Below, piece after piece: positions 25,401-36,700 of a DNA stretch of 64,000 nt; position 1 is the first letter of the stretch, and each line of letters begins with the position of its first letter. Location of the stretch: contig CM106585.1 in assembly GCA_048013815.1 (NCBI GenBank), forward strand, positions 20,646,001 through 20,710,000, written 5' to 3'. The translations under genes and the position numbers were made by a program. The notes under the pieces are model-generated. The model worked only from the letters and a program-made list of their open reading frames with translations. It was not told where the DNA came from and searched no databases. The DNA is from Setoptus koraiensis (Eukaryota > Animalia > Arthropoda).

Positions 25401-28336
25401 AGCAACTGGGCCCAATCGGCTGGCTCGCTCGAGGTGGCGATTCGCTCTTGCCATTGGCCTGGCTGGCCAACGGCGAGCCGAGCAAATGGGGCCGAAACAA
25501 AAGTAATGATAGTGTCGCCCGATTCCAGTCAGGTGTCGCTGTGTGACGAGTCGGCATTGTCCAGACGACTCGGCATTGTCCAGACGACGAGCCCGCAATG
25601 CGCGACAAGCGCGACGCCGCTCCACAGCCAACTAGACGGACTTTATGTGCGCGTGTCGCGCAATAATGGGGCCCCTCGCCCTTGTTTGCCGCGGCCAGCC
25701 GGGCCGGCCTTTCGGAGGCCTCTTGGCGTGCAAGTGCTCCGCAAATACTCGTCCTGAGTGCGCGCGCCAATACCCAGATAAAGGGCCGGCGGTGGCGCGA
25801 ATAGTCGGCGGGCTTTGGGGGACGCTGTCATTGTTGTTTATTTGCAATATCATGTAACGTCTTGTCTGGCATGTCCCTTCACGCCCGCCAACAATGTGTT
25901 TTGTTTCATCTGTGTACTCTGGCCAACACAGCGTTACACTGTGCAAGCCAAACTCCATTGGGGTCCCGCTTGTTATCAATTGGATATTTGCAATTTTACA
26001 CAAGTTGTCTCGCGTCTGTGCCAGTCACGGCACAAGCGAGCGCAGCCAAAAAGCGGAATAGCAATCGGGCGACTTGTCCAAATTGATACCGCCCGCTGGC
26101 CTCAATTGAAATAACTTAAGAGGGCCCCACATACACACAGCCCCAAATACAGTGACTGTATTACAGTTTGTGTGCGGCATGTTAGCGGCACACGAGCAGC
26201 GTAACGAGCACCGGGCCGTTATTATACCGGCCCATACAGCACGCGGCGGCTCGGTGCACGAGCTTTAGAGAAAATATAAAAAATAGGGCGCTCTCTCTCT
26301 ATGCTAAAATAATGCGATCTGCGGCCCTGACTGGCAGCACGGGGCCCGACTGGCAGTGTCTATATGTTAACAGTGCGGGCCCGAAGGCGCCCCCAGGTAT
26401 TGGGGCGCGTGAGTGGGGCGCGGCGCGCTCAAGTGTCCGACGGGCTCGTGGCGCCACTTGTCCCGATCGCGTCCACTCTCCGGCTGGCGGGCCCCGGTGG
26501 CCAATGGGGCCAGCCGAGCGCAATAGGTCGCGCCAGCGTGTGTTGACGTTTGTCTGGCTGCTGTGTTTGCAGTTGCTGTTGGCCGCGAGGGGGCCGAGCG
26601 GGCCCCTTCGAATCATCCATTCATCGCGCTCAAGTGGGTTCCATCAGCGCCGGCAGCGGCGGCGCTCGCGTTCCCGGGAATGCGTTTCGTTTCGTTTCGC
26701 TTCGTTTTCTTTTATTTTGTTTTATTTCATTTTATTTCATTTTATTCACTCGCTTTGTTTATTCTCTGCAGGCTGTCTATTCGCGGCCGACATGAGCGTG
26801 TGGCTGGCGTATAGACGGCGCCTGTCGAGTCACTTTTGATGCCATTCAGCATGTCGACAAACAAAGAGCCAGCCTCCAGGTAATTCTTTCCATTGTGTCG
26901 CAGTGTTCGTGTGTGTGTGTGTGTGCGCGTGCCATTGTCATGTAACTAATGGCGCCGTTTTAGGTTACAACTTTAGGTTAGAAGCCAGCCAGTGCTGCCA
27001 CATGCCGGCCACCTAGCGGCCGTGTCGGCGCAACCGGAACTAGCGAGCCACGACCAGCCACGTCTTAATTGACCACGTGCCGCGCTGCCCATCCGTTTGA
27101 CAGTGACACCTCCGCACACCCGTGCACAACAACAACAACAACAACAATCCCTGTGCTACCTGGGCGCCCATGTCCGGCTACCTGTGCGCTACCCGACCCA
27201 ATGCAAATTGCGTAATGCCAGCCAAACAGCAAACGCCGCTTGGCTGGCCGGCTGACAGACGGGCAAGCTCTCAGCCGGACGACAGGTGAGAGCTGCTGGC
27301 GTGCCGGCATGCACCGTCGCTACACTGAATCGAGCATCAATTTGGCAGTTTGGCAATTTTGCGTCGTCATTGGCTGGTCTGGTGGGCGCTATAATTATCA
27401 TGAGCTCTAATTGCTTTATTATTATGATGAGCTCGCCCCTGTGAGGCCCCTGTGAGGCCCTTATGATGGGCATAAGGGCGGGGGTGTCACACAGGCGCCC
27501 GCTCGCATTAAATGCACCCGTCGTGCGTGAGTCATTTTTAACGGATATAAATTTTGACAACTTGTATATATAGATCGATAGAGGCGGTGCTGTAATGTGC
27601 CCGTAATGTGGCTGCCGCCGCCAACGTGCCACGCAAATTGTATGATGCAATCATTGTGCAACAATGGCCTCACTTGCCTCACTGGTCAGCCCGTCACTGG
27701 TCAGCCCGTCACTGACAGGCCATCACTGATGGGCTGATACAATCAACCGTCAGTCAGCTAGCAGTGGCGCCACATCATGTATTGCGTCATGTGTGTTTTG
27801 CATAATGTTATTATACGGTTACATAATGTGACCGTCGATTGGGCCATAGAAGCAACAAACTGTCGCTTGTCGCCTAATAAAGGTGCGCTAATTAACAGTG
27901 TGCCAATAGCAGCCACTAGTAACCAGTAGTGAAATGTGAGCAATGTTGTCGTCTTGCCAGCGAACGACTGGCTGGCCGGCTGGCTGGCTGGCTGGCTGGC
28001 TGGCAATTGTAACTTTGAATTTTGTTGGATAGACGAGCAAAAAACGACTGCCCAGGCACAGCTCGAGGGCACGTTTTACATGAGCTAGTGAGCTTGTGAG
28101 TAGTGAGATTTTATTTTATATAATTAGTTGCTTGTTATTTTACTGGCTTGCCGAGCCAGTAAAATAACAAGGTAAGAAAGTTCCAGTGAATCACTTCATT
28201 TACCACGTTGCTGCATGTATGATGCCGACTGGTTGGCTGGCTGGCCGGTGTCTCTAATTAGCGTGCCATCGGTATTATTAGTAATGCAAACTTACTCTTG
28301 GGCCTAGATGTGCTGTGCATACAGCCAACTAATAGG

Positions 28337-28440
28337 GCCACCTAACCAGAATACAGCCACCTAACTAGAATACAGCCACCTAACTAGAATAGAGCCACCT
28401 AACTAGAATAAAGCCACCAAACTAGGCCACCTAACTAGAG
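28337..28440. repeat. 19-mer minisatellite CCACCTAACTAGAATACAG, ~4 units plus partials
   Basis: Direct tandem units visible; no unique spacers between them. Confidence 0.85.
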
Positions 28441-28734
28441 GAACGGCACAGCACACGGATGCATTTGGGCCCAAAGGGGCCCAACATTGAACTGGAATGG
28501 GGCCCAATTGATTGGGCTTGCCGCATGGCTGGATGTTGGGCCAATCAACTGCACGTGCTGCGCTGTTGCACGTGATGTGAGCTGCAGCGCTGCTCGAGCC
28601 GGTGGAGGTGTGAGATTGATGGGGCCAACAAGCGGCAACAATTATACGATCATGATCAGCCGATATCACGGCATCGCATGATATGATCTGTCGTTGTTAT
28701 AATCGCGAACTTGTTTGCCGCTTCGCTCGTCAGT

Positions 28735-28797
28735 AGTGGCCAGTGGTGGCCAGTGGTGGCCAGTGGTGGCCGGTGGTGGCCAGTGGTGGCCGGTGGT
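28735..28797. repeat. GTGGCC(A/G)GTG 10-mer tandem repeat, ~6 units
   Basis: Direct tandem units visible. Confidence 0.85.
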
Positions 28798-31700
28798 GAT
28801 GCCATCGTCGGATGAAATGGCCAGTCAGCCGGCCGGCCAACATCAGCTAAAGCCAGTCGTGTTATAAACACGTGCTACGTGTTAACATAAAAACAAGTTA
28901 CTTGGTCAATCATCATTTACTCTTGTCCGACGCTGACACCCGCTATCACGAGCCATCTATATCCATATCGAGAGCACGGGCCAGATTGAGCGAACGGGCC
29001 CCATTGAGAGAGCGGGCCCATCGAGGGCAGATCGAGATTGAATGACAACAAGATAGCGACATGACAAGCCGATCGACGCTCATCTGACGTCGGGGTGTCA
29101 TGTGGGCATTGTTGCAGGCTGGCAGGCTGGCTGGCTGGCTGGCTGGCTACTCGGCAAACACGTTCATTCAAACGAGACCAACGACGTTTATTTAGCCACC
29201 CGACGGGACCCGACGGGGCTAGCGCCTTTACGACGGGGCGCTATTTAGACAGCTGGCACTGGTGGGAGTAGGCACTTTATTTCGACACAATGACTCCGGC
29301 GCGATATCTCTTGCTGCTTGCGCTTGTATCATTGCTATGACGCCAACGACAACAACTCAATCCGCGCTCGCAATCAATTTCGCCTGCTTCCATTCGATCC
29401 TATCCGATCTGATCCGGTCGCAAGGAATCGCAAGGAATCGCAAGAAATCGCTGGCGAGGAATCGCTGGCAACAATCGGATCGCAACAATCGGATCGCGCC
29501 AATCCCATCGCAACAATCCAATCGCTACAATCCTATCAGAGTTGTGCTCACTAGCAGCGCCCATCAAGCCAGCAAGAGGCCCATGCAAACTAATGGATAT
29601 TCCCAGACCCGGTAGCTACCAACGGGAACGTCTTGCCAAACAGCTGTTAGTAGCTGTGCCAAGTTGCACAACAATCGACGCTGCAGCAACGCGTGTCATT
29701 TGCACGTGTTGGTCAGTCGAGTGGCAAGGCCAACAAGGGACGTATGATTGAACTATTTGTTTGTTTGTCATTGCTCTTCTGTTGCCCATCACAGGCCGTC
29801 GTGGCAACTCTCTCGAGCTCCACTAAACTCTCCTAGGCTCGCCATTGTCATGCCCGAAGCTCACTTGCAAGCTTGCCAGCCGGCCAGCCGGCCAGCCAAT
29901 TGCTCAGGCCCGTGAGCAGTGGCCGCTAGGGCTATCTGTATTGTTAATATAGTATTATTAATATTGTTATACCTCTCCTCTTGCGCCAGCAAAAGCTGCC
30001 AACAACAACAGCAACAACAACAACAACAACAACAACAACGGCACCAACAGCAACAGTGGCAATCTTATATGTTGTTATTGCTGTCAGGCCAACAAACTGA
30101 CGATTGCCCTATATTGATAACTGCCCTTCATAACTGCAGAACTGCACCGGTCAAACCAGTCGAGCCAGTTTGGGCCCCATCGAGACGCTTGTCGAGCGCA
30201 CGCTGTTGTCGCACGGTTTGTGACATCACGCTGAACTCAACTCACTGTTGCCGCCACCAATCGAGACGGCACAACGACAAAAAAGAAGTGAACAAACAAT
30301 TATTTCTCCAGTCTGGCCCAATATAAATTTATATGCAACTAGCTGGTGCTGGCCATCGCAACATATATCTGGCCAGTCTCTAGTGGCCAATCAATTGTTG
30401 GTCTGTGTGCTAAAAGAATCATTCAGACATTCAATTAAAGTGGCCTCAGTGTGCGACGTGATTGCTTTTTGATTCCATGTCGCTAGCTCTGGCACCACAA
30501 TTTGTCAGAGTGCTGGCAGCGTGTTGTTCAGAGCCTCAGTTCAGAAACTATTTAAAATACACAGCTGGTAGTTATTATATACAGTTATAGTTGTATATTG
30601 TGGCAAGTGTCTCTGGGTAACTCTTTGAGTCTTGCCATATAACATTGCGTCACGGGTAACGGGTGACGTGTGTCGCACCTATCGAGCGCCATCAATCATC
30701 TTGTTGTTGGTATATGCTTCTAACTGATAAGCTGCTCACCTTTTCTAATTATTCCTTTTGCTTGTTCACTTCAATTGTGTTCCGTTTGAGCTCGTTCGAT
30801 TTGAGGATAATTCAAGTGAAACTGCGATAGCATTGATCGCAATCGTAACGCTGATGACGATGATTTCTCATACACGTTCCGTTATTGATCGCAGGCTCGC
30901 TGTTTATTGCTGTAATGTATTTGGCTGAGATATGTTGGCTGTTGCGATATACCGATATTTGGTCGCTATATATGTGTGGCTGCAACAGCTTTTTCTGCTT
31001 CGATGACCCCTGCTGAATCCTCAATAAATCTATCGGTGCCGCTCCGTTTCTATTGTCAGAGTGCTGTTGGCCACTTTGATCTACACCTGACCCACTGACC
31101 ACACAAACTGAACCTTTGAGCCTCGATTTCTGCTGCAGCTCTCTCTACTTACAACTAGCTTGTCGGTGAAGATTTCGTCGAGAGTTCCAGTGAGACTTTT
31201 AAACACTTCTTATTCTTATTGTTTGATGCTTGCTTGCTTGCTTCTCGGTGCTACTCTTACAAACAACTATATCTGGCGGAAATGCTATAGCAAGTATCGC
31301 AACTCAACTACCGTCGATCCAATACGTAGGTTGTAAAAACTAAAATGAGCCAAGTAAGTTAGTGGCCAGCAAAGCGAACACGCCAACTTACACAAGTGAG
31401 TAGATGGGCGCCGATGCGCACTGGTACGCAATGGGGCCCCAATATTTGTCTGCCGCGCCATCTGGGTGGCTGGTTGGAGTCGCTATATCAACCGAACAAA
31501 CAATAAATGATGGCAAGTCGGCAAGAGTCTCTAATTGACCATCGGCCATTGACAATCAGCTCGAACTTGTCTGGGCGAACTGAGTGCCAACCACAAGACA
31601 AAATTTGACGAAATCGTCCCAGAGACTACAAATGGCTGCAATTGACAGGTTTCACCGGTCAAAAACCCGAGAAATTCTACAATATGCCATGAATTACTTG

Positions 31701-32666
31701 ATAACGATAATAAGCAGTCGATAATTCCATATTGTTTCTTTAGGATGGTCAACAGAGCTTGCTGATTTCCAACGACTTTTTGTCACAATCTTCTAACGTC
31801 ACTAAGCAATGAGTTGTGGACAGCTCAAATACGTTCATCCTATAATAACCTATCGCCAAAAATCCAAATGGACCTCATAATGGACCACAATCAATAAATA
31901 ATCTCAATGATTAATGGAGAATACCATTAGCAATTTGCTACACAATCATCAAACCGCATCTCAAACATTATATTGCAGCTCGATTGAAAGGAGAGAAAGT
32001 CGTCTGACGGTTGAATCAAACTGTGAGTATGTTCTGGAAATGGAATTATTAAATCAAAAAATAATGATCCACTGTTGCATTAATGGACCCGTGAGTCAGG
32101 TAAAGAAAGAGGGCAAACTCTGATATCTGAACTTGATATTACTATTTCAAACTATGCTACTAATGATAGTAATAGTACTAATTTTATGATGTAACTGTAA
32201 ATAGTGTTAATAGATCTAGATAGTTAGAAGGAAAACGAATCAAATATGAGCTGTCTGTGTAAGCTGTAAGTGAGACACGAAATGTTCTAGTTGCATTTTT
32301 TGTTTATGCATTTATTTTGTTTGTATATCTAAACACAATATGCTCTATCAAACCATTGACTAATGTGGAGTCCGACAATGTCCAGTTATAATGATTTTTA
32401 ACATCTCCATGGGGGCTCTATTTGAAAATAATGGAATATTTTTGTTGGGAATATTTGCGAAATAGATGACAAAGATTAGTTGTGTGAAATGAGCAATAGC
32501 AGTCAATGGCAGTTGATAGCAGAAAGTAGAATTAGAGCAAGTTAAGATGCTAATAATTGCAAGCATAACAGTTACGTTATAAAACTAATTGAATCGTACT
32601 CATCATGCATATATAACATTATTAATAATTATATTACGTATATCTATATAATATATGAATATAATA

Positions 32667-33309
32667 TTATACAAATAAGAAGCGAGGCCTACTTTTGCAA
32701 AATCTTCTATGCCTAGACCAGTCGCTAATGCGACACTTCAAACTACAGTAGTAGGATTGATAGCATATATTGCATTTGATATTGGCTAAACGTCCGCACT
32801 CAGCTGAACAATATAGCGATGGCAAAACTGCAAAGTGGTAATTGTGATAGAAATGATACGATTGTTGTGTTGTGCTCGATGGATAACGGCGTGTATGCAA
32901 TTGGGCGCAGATAAAACGGTGGTGATGGTGATGTGATTGTTGTGGTGATTGGTGCGATGATGTTTTGGGTTTCGGTTATTTTGGAGTTTCGGAGTTTCGG
33001 TTATTTTGGAGTCGAATTGGAGTTGGTTTTGGTCGTGTTGACAAGTCGGGCGAGTAAGATGAGCGAAAGGGACGAGAGATAAGAGAGAATGGGGAGCCTC
33101 GTTAGCCACTAGTCCAAAGCCTAATTACTGAGTAACAACACTTGCCTATCATTACAATAATGAACACATGACACGAATAATTGCTGTCTATATCTACTGA
33201 CGTCTGTTTTGTAATCATCTAGACCAATTGTTGTTGACATTGATGCTTGAACCAGCGAAAACAATCTGTTTTTAACATATGCCAAACATATTGTTTCATT
33301 CTCATTCAT
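32667..33309 (-). CDS. Small MYND-type zinc-finger protein; tentative 2-exon model 33309-33129 + 32827-32667 (~113 aa)
   Basis: CSAEC-x7-CNIC-x5-CSLKC-x7-HRRFC matches the MYND C6HC pattern. Acceptor cactttgcag at 32828 and phase-compatible donor ctca|gtaatt at 33128. The 5' exon is uncertain. Confidence 0.55.
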
Positions 33310-33763
33310 ATTATAACTCGACAATACCTGTAGTATTAATGACCATAACAAGTATATATGACTTAAACTACTTACTAATCTTCGTTCTATCACTAGTCAT
33401 GTCATTTTGGGGCGATCTGAATGATGCGTTGACATTGGAACGAGCTCTATAGTCGTTTGTGGAATGAAATGATGCATCTAATTATATCGTGCACGGTTTG
33501 TCGGATTACAAGCAACGACAATATATGTATAATTGCATATGTTGAGGTGAGGATCAATCATTGATATCATCGAAAGATGTTGTGAGAAGCAGAGAAAGGA
33601 TAAGGATAGAAGAAGGGAGAATATGGTTATTATGTGTGCTTTTGTGTCAGATTGAATGAACTAACGCTGCGTTTAACCTGTGTGTCACTCCTAACACCAA
33701 GACTAGCACCCCGAATAATAAACTAGCGAGTTAGCGAATAATTAAACTAGAGCAATTGTGATA

Positions 33764-36700
33764 TTATCGCTTCTTAAAGGTGGCACTGAATAGGCGCTTG
33801 GCACCAGATATCACGCCCGTCTTGACTAATTCCGGCGCACACGCAGCTGTTCGTTTGGTCTGGCCAGCGAGGCTATTTTTCGCTGCACCGGAAGTGGTCT
33901 GTCTGTCAGGTGCTAGTCTCGTGTGTTTAGCTGTTGTCTCTTGTACTCTTCTATTACTGCTACTGTTTTTCTTGATTGTTTTTTTACCATTTAAATTATT
34001 GTCGCTAATTGATGCGCTCATTAGGCCTCCTTTTGTTCCATAAACATTAATGGATGGCAGTCTGTTTCTTCCGGGCGCGCCCGCTGTTCTGTTTGGCCCG
34101 GTGGCTCCGCTTGATCTAGACCTGTAGCGAGCGCTTGCTGTCACATTGTCGCCCACCATCAATCTACTGGTGCCAGTAGCGCGAATTGCTCCGTAGCGCG
34201 GTGCGTCGCTCGATGTGGTATTTCTCAGCCTACCTCTCGAGGCAATAGTGCCTTGCGACAGTGTTGAGGCACCACCGCTACCCAGCGATTGTGACGATTG
34301 TCTGGGCCGGCCCTTGTACGGATAAATGGCCGTCTCTTGATCTGGTATGTTGAGCTTGAGAAAGACACCCTGAGTGGGATACACCTGATGCAAGACAGCG
34401 TTGTCCTCGTTCTCTGACAGCAGTCTATATGTCTCTGTGACAAACTTAAATCTGTTCTTTCTCAAACTGGACAATGATATATCTGTCGAGGTGGCTATGA
34501 CATTGCGCAACTCGGCCAATGTTATGCGTCTCTTTTGTGGCAACTCAATACGAGCTATGCACTCCTTTCTGGCATTAAAATGACCATCGTGCACTATATA
34601 AATAAAATATTTTCTATTTTTCATCACCCTATCCAATTCTATTTCTGTGTCTATTGTTGAGCCCCTTTCGTCGTCCATATCACTAGCATTGGCATCGTTG
34701 CTGGCATAATCAATCTTGAATCTGCTCTCTATTATTTCACTGGGCGATATAACCATCATCTGCTGCTGCTGCTGATGCTGTTGCTGGTGTTGTCCGCCGT
34801 CGCTCGAATGCTGCTGCTGCTGACTAGACTGATTAGCAACACCGCCAATTAAATTCAAAATGCCCGATATGGCACCATGGCCACCGGAAGCTTGTTGCTG
34901 CTGCTGCTGTTGACCAACTACAGCCACTCCTTCCATTGTGAGCCAACCGTCGGAATCGGCCGGCGTCTTGTCATTTGTAAATTTGATTTTGCCCACGACA
35001 CTCTTGTCTCTCACATCAACAATCTCAAGATCTGTCTTGCGTCGGTCTAATTTGTTCACCACCGTCGGATGATGGCCGACACCGCCGTGGCCCGCTGTAC
35101 ATTCACTTGTTTGCTGATGCTCTTTGAGAGAAATGTCTTGGTCTTGCTCGCCACTTTGTTCCGCTGTCATCGTTGTCGTTTGCACATTACACTCTTGCTT
35201 CTTCAGTATAGACACTGGGCCTCGTTTTGCGGCCTTTCCAACTGACGCTTGTGAGCCGGCTGACGCTTGTGAGCCGGAAACGGCTGTTTGCTTGTCCGTT
35301 GCAAGCGTCTGCTGTGGTTTGTCGTTGTTGTTGTTGTCGTCGTCTTGTTGTGCAACAGCTTTCTTGGGGCTCTTCTTATCCATGCTAGACGACGATTTGC
35401 CACTATTGTGATGACTCGAAGCGCTTGACTGTTTGCCACTAGTCGATTGTGAAGCACGCGCAACCTCAATCAGAGGGTTCGGTGTGGGCCTCTCGTCGGG
35501 ATTGTCGTCGTTGTTGGGATCAGATGAGCGAATTGAGTTGACAAGAGCAGCGGGCAACTCTATAGAGTCAACCGAGTTTATTTTAACCATTTTGGCGCCT
35601 TCATCACTCGTATGGGATTTTTTGTCTGACAATGGCGTCTTCGTTGCATCTTGCATATCGTTGATTGTTGCTTTCGATTTGCCAGTGTCCCCATTCAGTA
35701 TTGACTGCTGCTCATTTGTATCATTAAATAATACTTTTTCAACCATATTGACGCGCTCGCTTATATCCCGCAATTCATCGGCCTGCTGATTGTCATTGTT
35801 GATGGACTTGTTTTTGTTGCTTTTGTCACCAGTATTGGTCTCATTGATAGTCATAGAAATAGTGCCTTTTCTGTTTAATTTTTCCTCAAACTTTTGGTTG
35901 CCAGCCTTTGTGTGCTGCTCATTGTTAGCGCCAGAAGGTGTCTCTTTAAACTGAATCATAATTGTGTTGTCGTTGTTGATCTTGTTCAGTTTGTTATCAG
36001 CCTGCTGTTTCACATCTAAATCAGCACTTGCCAGCATTTCCATCGATTGTGCCAAATTGTTGTTTGTTTCCGTGGGCTGAACGATTGCCATGGCTTTGTT
36101 GTTTGCATTCATCATAGATGTGTACTCTCTCGATAATTGTCTATTTGGCTTAGCTGGGGCCCCATTATTTGTCGAGCCATCATTCTTTGTCGTGTTCATG
36201 GCACCATTTATAATAATCACCGAGTCGCCAATGTTTTGCGCCAGTTTGCCTACATGATTGTCGTTCTGCACCATGTTGGCCTGATCTAATTTATTCATCA
36301 TGGCTGGGTTTGCACGTACTTGGTGCTCGGTGCTGGATGCAAATCCAACCGACTCGTGCAGTCCACTGGTGACCTTCGCGCTCGCATCATTTATAAAGCC
36401 ACTTGCCAGATTAGTAGCGGCCGTGCTGGATCGCGTTTCTATTTCGTCCAACAAAGCTGGTCGCAGTGTCGTAACGGAAGATCCTGTTGACGTTTTATCC
36501 AATCGGGTATTGCCACTTGTTGTATCAATGGTAGAGTTGTTACTCGTGCTTGGCGCATTCAGTTTTGCACCGCCTAGTCTGGTCAATTTCGATGATGTTT
36601 TGTCAACGCTTGAATTAGCCGCAATAGTATCTTTGTTGGGTGGTGACGAGGACGAGCTAGATTGAGGCGTTGCAGCTTGAGCTTGCCCTGTCAATAAAAG

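Larger units (their letters stand above)
20441..31951. repeat. Segmental duplication, long copy A (same orientation as copy B at 40481-44932)
   Basis: Collinear blocks ~20441-20975, 21249-22794, 26631-27260, ~27694-28039 and 30449-31951 align by eye to 40481-44932 at roughly 90-99% identity. Confidence 0.95.

Noticed and set aside
28337-28797. Short regularly spaced repeats as a CRISPR-like array
   Set aside because: Units are contiguous with no unique spacers, the context is eukaryotic, and there are no cas genes.
29919-30326. Signal-peptide-like polyQ ORF
   Set aside because: Starts at GTG, the hydrophobic part coincides with an AT/pyrimidine tract before a 3' splice-like site, and no domain was recognised; kept only as a possible exon.
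30812-30860. RYDCDQCYRSFT resembling the start of a C2H2 finger
   Set aside because: A stop codon follows immediately and no His pair exists in frame.
20441-31951. Duplicated block as a transposon with an internally deleted derivative
   Set aside because: No terminal inverted repeats, LTRs, target-site duplication, Helitron-type ends or transposase/RT ORF were seen. It would be reconsidered if more copies exist genome-wide.
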